From: Synechococcus sp.
GTDB taxonomy: Bacteria > Cyanobacteriota > Cyanobacteriia > PCC-6307 > Cyanobiaceae
Length of the DNA: 64,000 bases
Assembly (NCBI GenBank): GCA_047285535.1
Contig: JBJBDC010000001.1
Coordinates: 2,560,136 to 2,624,135, forward strand
Direction: 5' to 3'
Position 1 is the stretch's first letter, and each line of letters begins with the position of its first letter. The translations under genes and the position numbers were made by a program. This document shows positions 1-8,989 of the stretch, piece by piece. The notes beneath the pieces were generated by a model, which was not told where the DNA came from, made no database searches, and worked only from the letters and a program-made list of their open reading frames with translations.

Positions 1-2
1 GT

Positions 3-338
3 AGCAATGAATGTTCGCACATTACTATTCGCCTTAATTTCTGCAGTCGCCCTTCTCGGCGTAGGGTTGTTATGCGTTGCGAAAAAGGGGAGATCAACTG
101 GGATCTGCTTGATGGGAAAGTGAATTTATCTTCTCCTGATCAAAAGTCTCATTGTTTTAGCCCTTCTTTTAACCCTGATGATCGCTATCATTTGCAGATT
201 GAGCATTTTATGAAGTGTATATACAATGGATCGGTCCCATATTGTTCGTTGAGTGATGGACTTCAAGTCTTGAAGTTAATCAATCAGGCTCGTTTTAAGG
301 CAGGCAATGAAAAATTGAGTCTAGGTGATGTTTCATGA
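3..338 (+). CDS. 3' fragment of a Gfo/Idh/MocA-family oxidoreductase (PtmF/ElaA-like), truncated by the window edge
   Basis: Frame is open from position 3 (SNECSHITIRLNFCSRPSRRRVVMRCEKGEINWDL...YHLQIEHF...CSLSDGLQVLKLI), resembling the C-terminus of this family. ATGA overlap with the CMP-synthetase. Confidence 0.6.
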   Translation, partial: SNECSHITIRLNFCSRPSRRRVVMRCEKGEINWDLLDGKVNLSSPDQKSHCFSPSFNPDDRYHLQIEHFMKCIYNGSVPYCSLSDGLQVLKLINQARFKAGNEKLSLGDVS

Positions 339-1027
339 CTTCAACTTCTGCATTTGTTTTCGCTAGAGGTGGATCAAAGGGGCTGCCTAGGAAGAACGTT
401 TTGCAGATTGCTGGCATGCCCTTGCTCGCTCATGGTATAGAGATCGCACGTAATCTTAAAGAAGTTGATAATATCTATGTCTCGACTGACTGTGAAGAGA
501 TTGCTTCAATTGCTCTGCAATATGGAGCTGAGGTCATTGATCGACCATCCGAATTGGCTTCAGACACAGCTTCGGAATGGTTGGCATGGCAGCATGCCAT
601 CCGTTTTGTTATTCAAAACAATAAATCTTTTGACCGTTTTCTGTCATTGCCAGCTACAGCGCCTATGCGCACGACTGAAGATGTGCAAAAATGTCTCAGT
701 TCTTTGAGCGAAGATGTTGATTTTGTGATAACAATGACGCCTTCGCATCGCAGTCCTTGGTTTAACATGGTTACAGCAGATAAAGATCGAAAAGTAAAAC
801 TAGTGGCAGGGAATGGTGACATTAAGAGAAGGCAAGACGCACCGCCTTGTTTTGATATTGCTACAGTAGCTTACGTGTCTCGACCGGAATTCATTCTCAA
901 CTCGACGAGTATTTGGGATGGGACTATCGTAGGTGTTGAGGTTCCTCGCAATCGCGCTATCGATATTGATGACGAGCTTGACTTTGCAATTGCTCGCTTC
1001 TTGATGGAAGATAATGAACCTGCCTGA
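335..1027 (+). CDS. neuA: Acylneuraminate (CMP-nonulosonate) cytidylyltransferase, NeuA/LegF/PtmB family
   Basis: ARGGSKGLPRKN motif, VSTD, RPSELASD, IDIDDELDF. Confidence 0.92.
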   Translation: MTSTSAFVFARGGSKGLPRKNVLQIAGMPLLAHGIEIARNLKEVDNIYVSTDCEEIASIALQYGAEVIDRPSELASDTASEWLAWQHAIRFVIQNNKSFDRFLSLPATAPMRTTEDVQKCLSSLSEDVDFVITMTPSHRSPWFNMVTADKDRKVKLVAGNGDIKRRQDAPPCFDIATVAYVSRPEFILNSTSIWDGTIVGVEVPRNRAIDIDDELDFAIARFLMEDNEPA

Positions 1028-1817
1028 CTCTATTCTAGTGAATCCAGAGGGATTGTCTGGCCAAAATCTTCTGATTACTGGTGCTGCCGGTCGCATAGGT
1101 TCTGCGGTTGCAAAAAAAGCTTTGTCTTCAGGGGCAAAGGTTTTGCTCGCAGATATTTCTTCTGAATCATTGGAGAGATTGCTTTTGGATCTTTCATCCT
1201 TAGGGGTTGAAAATATTTACTCATTTGTCGCTGACACTTCTAATGCTGCTGGAATTGACTGTTTGGTTTCCGAAGTTTGTGCATCCATAGGGAGCATTGA
1301 TGCTGCTGTCCACTGTGCATATCCTCGTTCACAAGGGTGGGGAGCAAAATTTGAGGATATACAAGAAAGTGATCTGCTCCAGGACCTCAATATGCAACTT
1401 GGCGGTGCTATTCTGTTTTCGCAGCGAATATTGCGATGCTTCCAAGAGCAAGGTTATGGAAATCTAATTCATTTGTCGTCCATTCAAGGTGTTCGTGCTC
1501 CTAAGTTTGAACATTATGCTGGTACGTCCATGAGCTCTCCGGTTGAATATGCTGCCATTAAGGCTGGAATTATTTCTATTGTAAGGTGGCTTGCTAAATA
1601 CTCATCTAATCAGAATATTCGCGTTAATTGTGTGAGCCCAGGTGGCATCCTTGACGGCCAGCCAGACACCTTTCTAAAGCGCTATCGAGAAAGCTGTATC
1701 AACTTTGGAATGCTTTCCGCTGAGCAGGTGGCTTCTGTAGTTACCTTTCTACTCTCTCCCGACGCTGCAGCTATAAACGGTCAAAATATCATCATTGATG
1801 ATGGCTGGACTCTCTGA
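1014..1817 (+). CDS. Short-chain dehydrogenase/reductase, PtmA/ElaC-like
   Basis: TGAAGRIG, AYPRSQGWG, SSIQG..APKFEHY..TSMSSPVEYAAIKAG, VNCVSPGGI, NGQNIIIDDGWTL. Confidence 0.85.
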   Translation: MNLPDSILVNPEGLSGQNLLITGAAGRIGSAVAKKALSSGAKVLLADISSESLERLLLDLSSLGVENIYSFVADTSNAAGIDCLVSEVCASIGSIDAAVHCAYPRSQGWGAKFEDIQESDLLQDLNMQLGGAILFSQRILRCFQEQGYGNLIHLSSIQGVRAPKFEHYAGTSMSSPVEYAAIKAGIISIVRWLAKYSSNQNIRVNCVSPGGILDGQPDTFLKRYRESCINFGMLSAEQVASVVTFLLSPDAAAINGQNIIIDDGWTL

Positions 1818-1846
1818 ATTATCGTTGTTTTTGGGACTGAATTCTC

Positions 1847-2845
1847 ATGAAAAAAGTTCTGGTCACCGGAGCCGATGGTTTCATTGGTTCTCATCTGGTT
1901 GAAGCTTTGATGGAAGCCGGCCATCAAGTTCGAGCGTTTTGTTTTTACAATTCCTTTGGTAGCTGGGGTTGGCTGGACAGCTTGCCAGAGGGCTATAAAG
2001 ATGAGCTTGAAGTGGTTCTAGGCGATATACGCGATCCTATCTCTGTCAGAGAAGCAATGCGGGGCTGTGATCAAGTGTTTCACTTGGCAGCGCTGATAGC
2101 AATTCCCTACAGCTATGTGGCTCCTGCCAGCTATGTGGATACCAACATTCACGGCACCTTGAATGTGGTGCAGGCTGCTCGCGATCTTGGAGTGAGCCGG
2201 GTGGTGCACACCTCCACTTCTGAAACCTACGGCACAGCTCAGTTCGTGCCGATCACGGAAGATCATCCGCAAGTTGGTCAATCGCCCTATGCCGCCAGCA
2301 AGATTGGAGCCGATCAGATTGCACTCAGCTATTGGCGCAGCTTTGAAACGCCTGTGGCTGTGTTGCGCCCTTTCAACACCTACGGTCCGCGCCAGAGTGC
2401 CAGAGCCGTGATCCCGACGATCATCACTCAGGTGGCTGCGGGCCAGTGTCAGATTTGTTTGGGGGCGCTGTCACCTACACGCGACTTCAACTTTGTTGCC
2501 GACACCTGTGCTGCCTTTCAGGCAATCGCGGATTGTGATGCGGCCTTGGGGAAGGTTGTGAATGCTGCCAGCAATTTTGAGATATCGATCGGGGATACTG
2601 CTGCACTCATCGCCGAGGTGATGAATGCGGATCTGGAGATTGTTACGGATGAACAGAGGATTCGGCCTGACGGCTCTGAGGTCAATCGGTTGTTTGGTGA
2701 CAACAGTCGCCTGCGCCAGCTAACTGACTGTCAGCCGGCCTACGGCGGCCTTGATGGCTTCCGCCGCGGGCTTGCTGTTACAGCTGAATGGTTCAGTAAT
2801 CCCGCCAATCTTGCGCGTTATCGCCCTAGTAGTTATGCCGTTTGA
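1847..2845 (+). CDS. legB: NAD-dependent nucleotide-sugar 4,6-dehydratase LegB
   Basis: TGADGFIGSHL, YNSFGSWGWLD, HLAALIAIPYSY, QSPYAASK, RPFNTYGPRQSARAVIPTII. Confidence 0.9.
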   Translation: MKKVLVTGADGFIGSHLVEALMEAGHQVRAFCFYNSFGSWGWLDSLPEGYKDELEVVLGDIRDPISVREAMRGCDQVFHLAALIAIPYSYVAPASYVDTNIHGTLNVVQAARDLGVSRVVHTSTSETYGTAQFVPITEDHPQVGQSPYAASKIGADQIALSYWRSFETPVAVLRPFNTYGPRQSARAVIPTIITQVAAGQCQICLGALSPTRDFNFVADTCAAFQAIADCDAALGKVVNAASNFEISIGDTAALIAEVMNADLEIVTDEQRIRPDGSEVNRLFGDNSRLRQLTDCQPAYGGLDGFRRGLAVTAEWFSNPANLARYRPSSYAV

Positions 2846-2848
2846 GCT

Positions 2849-4060
2849 ATGAGCACTAATGCGCGCACTCTTGCGGCGACTGTACTCGACGCCATTCAGC
2901 AGGTGGTGGGCTCTAGTGAAAAGGAGCAACCTATCGTGCTGCATGAACCCGATTTTCGTGGTACCCAGGCCTGGTCTTATGTGAAGGACTGCCTGGATAG
3001 CGGCTGGGTGAGCACGGCAGGAGGCTGGGTGAATCGCTTTGAACAGCAGCTCTGCGCCATTACCGGAGCTAGTCATGCGTTGGCCTTGAGCAACGGCACC
3101 GTCGCCCTTCGCCTGGCTCTGCATCTGGTGGGAGTGGGCGCTGGAGATGAGGTGTTGTTGCCGCCCCTGAGTTTTGTGGCAACTGCCAATGCCGTGGTTC
3201 ACCTTGGTGCGTTGCCTCACTTCGTCGATGTCGAGCCCAACGCTTTAGGCCTATGTCCGGTTGCATTGGCGTCTCGCTTAGAGGCCATTGCTGAGCGGCG
3301 TGAAGGCCGCGTTGTGAACAGAGAAACCGGCAGGTGCATAGCAGCTGTGTTGCCGGTGCATGTCTTTGGACATCCGGCTGAAGTGGATCAGCTCAGAGTG
3401 GTGGCTGATGCCTGGGGATTGCCCATGGTGGAAGATGCTGCAGAAGCACTCGCAAGCTGGCGTCAAGACGCCCATTGCGGCCTGTTTGGTTCCGTGGGCA
3501 CTCTCAGCTTCAACGGCAATAAGTTGATCACCACTGGTGGCGGTGGTGCTCTTATCACTAATGATGCGGCCTTAGCCCAGCGAGCACGGCACCTATCGAC
3601 AACCGCCAAGCAGCCCCACCCTTGGGCGTTTGAACACGATGCCGTGGGCTGGAATGACCGTCTGCCTAATCTCAATGCGGCCTTAGGCCTCGCCCAGCTA
3701 GAGGATTTGGATCGCCGCCTTGAGGCCAAACGTCAGCTAGCCCAGCGCTACGCAGAGGCTTTTGCTGATCTGGAGGGTGTGGAGCTAGTGCCGGAGCCAA
3801 CCGATTGCCGCAGCAACCACTGGCTGGTGAGCTTGCGCTTCACGGCGGAAGATCCTCTGATCGCTCAAGCCGAGCGGCTGCAGCTGCTGGAACGGGCACA
3901 CGCGTTTGGGCTTCTGCTACGCCCAATCTGGAGGCCGTTGCACCAGCTGCCGATGTACCAGGCCTCCTCAGCGGGCTCGCTGGACGTGGCCGAGAATCAG
4001 GCGCCGCGCTTGCTCAACCTGCCTAGTAGTCCTCAGCTGCTGGAGAGTTTTGCTACATGA
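2849..4060 (+). CDS. legC: LegC-family PLP aminotransferase (DegT/DnrJ/EryC1/StrS)
   Basis: LHEP, DCLDSGWVS, EDAAEALAS, SFNGNKLITTGGGGA. Confidence 0.9.
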   Translation: MSTNARTLAATVLDAIQQVVGSSEKEQPIVLHEPDFRGTQAWSYVKDCLDSGWVSTAGGWVNRFEQQLCAITGASHALALSNGTVALRLALHLVGVGAGDEVLLPPLSFVATANAVVHLGALPHFVDVEPNALGLCPVALASRLEAIAERREGRVVNRETGRCIAAVLPVHVFGHPAEVDQLRVVADAWGLPMVEDAAEALASWRQDAHCGLFGSVGTLSFNGNKLITTGGGGALITNDAALAQRARHLSTTAKQPHPWAFEHDAVGWNDRLPNLNAALGLAQLEDLDRRLEAKRQLAQRYAEAFADLEGVELVPEPTDCRSNHWLVSLRFTAEDPLIAQAERLQLLERAHAFGLLLRPIWRPLHQLPMYQASSAGSLDVAENQAPRLLNLPSSPQLLESFAT

Positions 4061-4656
4061 GATCTCTGCTGCTAACCGGTTGTGGTGGCCATGCCCGATC
4101 GCTGATTGAGCTGATCGAATCCGCTGCAGATTGGCGGATTCACGGATTGGTGGGATTGCCACAGCAGGTGGGTAGCTCTGTTTTGGGCTATTCGGTGATA
4201 GGTAGCGATGAAGATTTGCCTGCGCTTTTTGAGGAATGCTCGGCAGCAGTGCTGGCGATTGGCCAGTTACCGCATCCGGCGCCTAGACAGCGCCTTGCTG
4301 CTGACCTTGAACAGCTTGGATTTGAATTTCCGGTTTTGGTTTCCCCCCATGCGGTTGTGAGTCGACACGCCCAGCTGGGCCCTGGAACCACCTTGGGCCA
4401 TGGTGTAATTGTCAACGCAGGAGCAGTAGTTGGTGATCACTGCATTCTTAACAGCCGTGCATTGATAGAACACGACGTCCACATCGGTGATCACTGCCAT
4501 ATCAGTACTGGTGTGTTATTGAACGGAGGGGTGCGGGTGGGACCTGGCAGCTTCATCGGCAGCGGTGCCATGCTCCGCGAGGGGCTGGATTTACCACCAC
4601 TCACGGTGATCGGTGCCGGTAAACGTGTGATGGGATGGCCTTTAAGGGAGCAATGA
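4057..4656 (+). CDS. NeuD/PglD-family hexapeptide-repeat sugar acetyltransferase
   Basis: GCGGHARS, AIGQ, LVSPHAVVS, NSRALIEHD..IGDHCHIS left-handed beta-helix repeats. Confidence 0.88.
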   Translation: MRSLLLTGCGGHARSLIELIESAADWRIHGLVGLPQQVGSSVLGYSVIGSDEDLPALFEECSAAVLAIGQLPHPAPRQRLAADLEQLGFEFPVLVSPHAVVSRHAQLGPGTTLGHGVIVNAGAVVGDHCILNSRALIEHDVHIGDHCHISTGVLLNGGVRVGPGSFIGSGAMLREGLDLPPLTVIGAGKRVMGWPLREQ

Positions 4657-5663
4657 GTACAACACAAAACACTCTTGTAATCGCTGAAGCTGGTGTGAAT
4701 CACAATGGCGACTTGCAGCTCGCCAAGAAGCTGGTGGATGTCGCTATCGAGGCTGGAGTCGATGTAGTGAAGTTCCAGACGTTTCAAGCCAGGCAGTTGG
4801 TTACAAAGCACGCTGAACAGGCGGCTTACCAGCAGAAGGCCCTACGCACTTCAGAGAGTCAGTTGGCGATGTTGCAGCGGCTTGAACTCCAGCCAGCTCA
4901 GCATTACGAGTTGATTGATTACTGCCATGAGGGGGGCATTGAGTTTCTTTCGACTGCTTTTGATACTCCCAGCATTGAACTGCTGGTATCCCTTAGGCTC
5001 AAACGTTGGAAGGTTCCCTCCGGCGAAATCACCAACCTCCCTTATCTGCGTCAAATCGGCAGCCAGGGGCAGCCCGTGATCCTCTCCACCGGTATGGCCA
5101 ATCTTGGCGAGATCGAAGCCGCGCTCGCTGTGCTGAGCCAGGCGGGCACTCCACGTAGCCAGATCACGGTGTTGCATTGCACGACTGAATATCCTGCACC
5201 AACTCAGGAGGTCAACCTCCGAGCAATGAAGACAATTGCCCATTCTTTTGGAGTGGCTGTGGGGTACTCCGACCATACCGATGGTATTGCTGTACCGATT
5301 GCGGCGGTGGCTATGGGTGCCACGGTGATCGAGAAACACCTCACTCTTGATCGCAACTTGCCAGGACCAGATCACAAGGCCAGCCTTGAACCTGGTCGGT
5401 TCGCGGAGATGGTGCAAGGCATACGAACCATTGAGCAAGCACTCGGCGATGGGATCAAGCAGCCTATGGCTAGCGAGCAAGTAAACCTACCGGTGGTGCG
5501 GAAGTCCCTTGTTGCGGCTCGACCCATTCGTGCTGGCGAGCTGTTCACTGAAGCCAACCTCACCGTTAAGCGTCCCGGTACCGGCATTTCACCCATGCAG
5601 TGGGATGCCTGGATCGGCCGCTCGGCTACCCGAGACTTTGCTGCTGATGAATTGATCGTATGA
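4653..5663 (+). CDS. neuB: Nonulosonic acid synthase NeuB/LegI
   Basis: IAEAGVNHNGD, KFQTF, KVPSGEITNLPYL, LHCTTEYP, GYSDHT, IEKH, C-terminal SAF domain (KRPGTGISP). Start moved to the ATGA overlap at 4653. Confidence 0.93.
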   Translation: MSTTQNTLVIAEAGVNHNGDLQLAKKLVDVAIEAGVDVVKFQTFQARQLVTKHAEQAAYQQKALRTSESQLAMLQRLELQPAQHYELIDYCHEGGIEFLSTAFDTPSIELLVSLRLKRWKVPSGEITNLPYLRQIGSQGQPVILSTGMANLGEIEAALAVLSQAGTPRSQITVLHCTTEYPAPTQEVNLRAMKTIAHSFGVAVGYSDHTDGIAVPIAAVAMGATVIEKHLTLDRNLPGPDHKASLEPGRFAEMVQGIRTIEQALGDGIKQPMASEQVNLPVVRKSLVAARPIRAGELFTEANLTVKRPGTGISPMQWDAWIGRSATRDFAADELIV

Positions 5664-6835
5664 GCATGCCCCCCCGCAAAATCTGCGTGGTGACTGGCAC
5701 CCGAGCGGAATACGGCCTGTTGCGCTGGGTGATACAGGGCATCCAGGATTCTGAAGTTCTCAATCTTCAGCTGATGGTGACCGGTATGCACCTGTCACCG
5801 GAGTTTGGACTCACGGTGCAGGAAATTGAAATCGACGGTTTTTGCATCGACCGCAAGGTGGAGATGCTGCTCAGCTCCGACTCGCCGGTTGGCATAACCA
5901 AGTCGATGGGGCTGGCCATGATTGGCTTTGCGGATGCCCTAGCTGAGCTCCGTCCTGATCTGCTGCTGGTGCTCGGAGATCGCTTTGAGACGTTTGCAGC
6001 AGCGACGGCAGCGTTGATTGCCCGTATCCCGATCGCCCATTGTCACGGCGGCGAACTCACCGAAGGTGCATTCGATGACGCCCTTCGGCATTCCATCACC
6101 AAGATGTCAAACCTTCATTTTGTTGCTGCAGAGGAATATCGCGAGCGGGTAATCCAGATGGGTGAACATTCCGATCGCGTATTCCAGGTGGGAGGCCTCG
6201 GCGTGGATGCGATTAAACGCATTGAACTGTTGAGCCGAGAGAAATTGGAGACCTCCCTTGACTTCAAGCTTGGCCCCCGCAACCTGCTGATCACTTTTCA
6301 TCCCGTGACGCTGGACAGCAACACCAGTGCCAAGCAGATGGGGGAATTGCTCACCGCTCTCGATGGGCTAAAGGATACCCATCTGATCTTCACCATGCCC
6401 AACGCCGACACCGATGGCCGGGTATTGATTCGGATGGTGGAGGAGTTCTCTGCTAAAAATCCGCATGTCAAGGCTTTTACTTCCTTAGGGCAGCTTCGCT
6501 ATTTCTCTTGCATCCATCACTGTGATGGGGTTGTTGGTAATTCTTCTAGTGGTCTTGCCGAGGTGCCAAGCTTTAAAAAAGCCACGATCAATATCGGTGA
6601 TCGCCAGAGCGGACGCCTAAAAGCAACAAGTGTTATTGATTGCGAGCCAAATACTCCATCTATCTTGCAGGCAATTAGTCGCTCTTATTCTTCCGACTTT
6701 CTCTATCAGCTCAAGACAACAGAAAACCCTTATGGGAGTGGCGGAGCCAGTGCATCCATCATTCAAAAGCTTGAACGTATTCCAATTAACAGTATTTCCT
6801 TCAAAAAAACTTTTTACGATCTATTTATCAAATGA
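5660..6835 (+). CDS. neuC: Hydrolysing NDP-sugar 2-epimerase NeuC/LegG
   Basis: VTGTRAEYGLL, TGMHLSPEFG, LGDRFE, HGGELTEGAFD, TFHPVT, GNSSSGLAE, NIGDRQ. Confidence 0.93.
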   Translation: MSMPPRKICVVTGTRAEYGLLRWVIQGIQDSEVLNLQLMVTGMHLSPEFGLTVQEIEIDGFCIDRKVEMLLSSDSPVGITKSMGLAMIGFADALAELRPDLLLVLGDRFETFAAATAALIARIPIAHCHGGELTEGAFDDALRHSITKMSNLHFVAAEEYRERVIQMGEHSDRVFQVGGLGVDAIKRIELLSREKLETSLDFKLGPRNLLITFHPVTLDSNTSAKQMGELLTALDGLKDTHLIFTMPNADTDGRVLIRMVEEFSAKNPHVKAFTSLGQLRYFSCIHHCDGVVGNSSSGLAEVPSFKKATINIGDRQSGRLKATSVIDCEPNTPSILQAISRSYSSDFLYQLKTTENPYGSGGASASIIQKLERIPINSISFKKTFYDLFIK

Positions 6836-8106
6836 AATTTCCCTTTAAAGGAGGAGGTAAACTCTCGATGCTTTCATGGCGACAACTACTCGGGCGAGAA
6901 AGGCGGCTACTTATCAGGTTTTTGTTTTCAAATCTCTTTCCTGTAAGGGTGCCCAGCTGTCAGTATCTCATCATTTGCCGTGATAGTGACAGGGCCTATA
7001 GCTATGAAGGGCTCGCTTATTCTCAGTTATTGGATACTCTGAGGGATAATCTCATTTTTCATGGCATTTCAGTTGCTACCGTTGCAGCTCCTTGGTCTAT
7101 TAAGGGCGCTGCAAAGGCAACCGGAAACCCTGTCTTAGTTAATGGACCTTACGCAAGAAACATTGTCCTGAGTAAGATTGAGAGTGTTTGCGCCGGATAT
7201 ATCTTTGAGTATAGAGTTGCGGAAAGAATGATGAGATGGTGGACGTTTACGTTGCGCAAGCTTCGTCCATCTGTAATCATAGGAATACAGCCAAGTGAAA
7301 GTATTTGTGTTGCAGGTAAAAAGCTGGGAATTCCTGTTTACGATCTTCAGCATGGAGTTATTTATTGCGAGAATGACTCAAGCTCGTATTACAGTGATCG
7401 TCTTCGAACAATGTTTAAAGGGGAAGGAACTCCTGATCTAGTAGTTTGCTGGAACGATCAATCGGCTCGTGTCATTGAGTCTATGTGGCCTTGGACCCGT
7501 GCCGTAGTTGTTGGAAATCCTTGGCTCCAGCGTTTTGTTACGCCAGAAGAAGATAGCCTTGCAATGCATGAAATAAATCTTTTGCGCCAAAGACTTTCAT
7601 CCTGCCTTGATAAAAAGATTGTTCTTATTACTACGCAATCGATTCCATCTCTCGACCGGATAGATATTCCAGCTAGCATTAAAGATGCAATACTCTTGTC
7701 TAGCTCCAAAGGTGTACAATGGCTTATTAAGTTTCATCCAGTTGAGGTTTCGCAGCATGGCCAAGAACGTCTCGCCTTGATGGCTGCAGAGGCGCTCGGT
7801 GAGGCGGTCTGGGGCAATATTGTCGACGTTTCATCTCATGCACTTCCTGCAATCCTGACATTTACTTCTTATCATGTGACTGGTTATAGTGCATCCACTT
7901 TTGAGGCTTCGGCTTTTGGTATTAAAACTGGTCTTTGGGATAAGCGCCCAGCTGTTGCAAATTACTTTTCCTTTGAATTAAGCAACGGATTTGCAGAGTT
8001 TCTTCCTGCTGAGGGTGGTCAAATATCAAAAAGGATTATCGACGAGATTTCGTTTATGTCTATTAATCCCTTTTTATTGGTTGAACGAGATACTTCAATG
8101 ATTTGA
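6832..8106 (+). CDS. Hypothetical protein, candidate nonulosonate (sialyl-type) transferase
   Basis: 424-aa ORF coupled to neuC by ATGA. YDLQHG, VGNPW, KFHP and SASTFEA motifs resemble GT-B polysaccharide-locus transferases. Function is inferred. Confidence 0.5.
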   Translation: MKFPFKGGGKLSMLSWRQLLGRERRLLIRFLFSNLFPVRVPSCQYLIICRDSDRAYSYEGLAYSQLLDTLRDNLIFHGISVATVAAPWSIKGAAKATGNPVLVNGPYARNIVLSKIESVCAGYIFEYRVAERMMRWWTFTLRKLRPSVIIGIQPSESICVAGKKLGIPVYDLQHGVIYCENDSSSYYSDRLRTMFKGEGTPDLVVCWNDQSARVIESMWPWTRAVVVGNPWLQRFVTPEEDSLAMHEINLLRQRLSSCLDKKIVLITTQSIPSLDRIDIPASIKDAILLSSSKGVQWLIKFHPVEVSQHGQERLALMAAEALGEAVWGNIVDVSSHALPAILTFTSYHVTGYSASTFEASAFGIKTGLWDKRPAVANYFSFELSNGFAEFLPAEGGQISKRIIDEISFMSINPFLLVERDTSMI

Positions 8107-8377
8107 AACAAGTGACTGACAGAGCGGTGTTTTGCTGGAGGCATATCGGAGTAGTTACCACTTCTTGTTTTCTTTTGATCATCCTGGCGTATTTCATCTG
8201 CGCAATGAAATTAGAATTCTTATTATTCATTCAATCTTCCGATGAAGTCATTGATTTTCTTCACTACACCTGGGTAAAATACTTAGACGTTTGATTAAGG
8301 TGTCTCACCGTAGGTATTAAGCTTAAAAGGTATCAGGATTTCCAGTACGTCTAGATGCTTCGTCGGGGCGAGAACTA

Positions 8378-8989
8378 ATGATTGTCATTGTTGATTACGG
8401 TGTCGGGAACCTTGCCTCTGTGAGCAACATGCTGCGCAAGGCCGGTGGGGATGTCTCTATTTCCAGAGATCCTGCCGAGATACTATTGGCTGACAAGTTA
8501 CTTCTGCCAGGTGTTGGCCATTTTGATCATGGCATGAAGATGCTTAATACATCCGGTCTACGTGAAGCGATCGATTGCTTTGCGCTCGAACTCAAGCGTC
8601 CAGTTCTTGGAATTTGCCTTGGAGCGCAAATTCTTGGCAGGGGTAGTGATGAGGGAGTTAGCGCTGGTCTCGGCTGGATTGACATGTATTGCCATCGTCT
8701 CGAGGCTATGCCCGGTATCCGAGTACCACACATGGGTTGGAATCAGATAAACTGTCAAAAGCCTTCTCCTCTTCTTGACAAATTGAGTCAAGATGCTCGT
8801 TTCTATTTTGTGCATTCCTATTGGATGCAATGTGAAGACCCTGCAGATATTCTCGCTGTATCAATACATGGTCAAGAGTTCACAGCTGCTGTGCAGCGTG
8901 GAAATATCTACGGAACTCAGTTTCATCCCGAAAAGTCATTGCGTCACGGTTTTAACCTTATGAAGTCTTTTGTAGATTTGAAATCATGA
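8378..8989 (+). CDS. HisH-like glutamine amidotransferase of polysaccharide loci (WbuY-like)
   Basis: DYGVGN, LPGVGHF, GICLG nucleophile, PHMGWN, FYFVHSY, QFHPEKS. Confidence 0.9.
   Translation: MIVIVDYGVGNLASVSNMLRKAGGDVSISRDPAEILLADKLLLPGVGHFDHGMKMLNTSGLREAIDCFALELKRPVLGICLGAQILGRGSDEGVSAGLGWIDMYCHRLEAMPGIRVPHMGWNQINCQKPSPLLDKLSQDARFYFVHSYWMQCEDPADILAVSIHGQEFTAAVQRGNIYGTQFHPEKSLRHGFNLMKSFVDLKS

Noticed and set aside
4851..5480. Long antisense or alternate-frame ORFs here and at 24621-25244, 28418-29146, 30361-31092 and 48833-49381
   Set aside because: They are shadows of well-supported genes in GC-rich sequence and show no motifs.
5669..5675. C7 run at the start of neuC as a phase-variation tract
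   Set aside because: Too short, and the frame is intact.
8103..8294. 63-aa hydrophobic ORF with a TTGA overlap
   Set aside because: No recognisable motif, and it can be explained by a T-rich strand. Not supportable as a gene.
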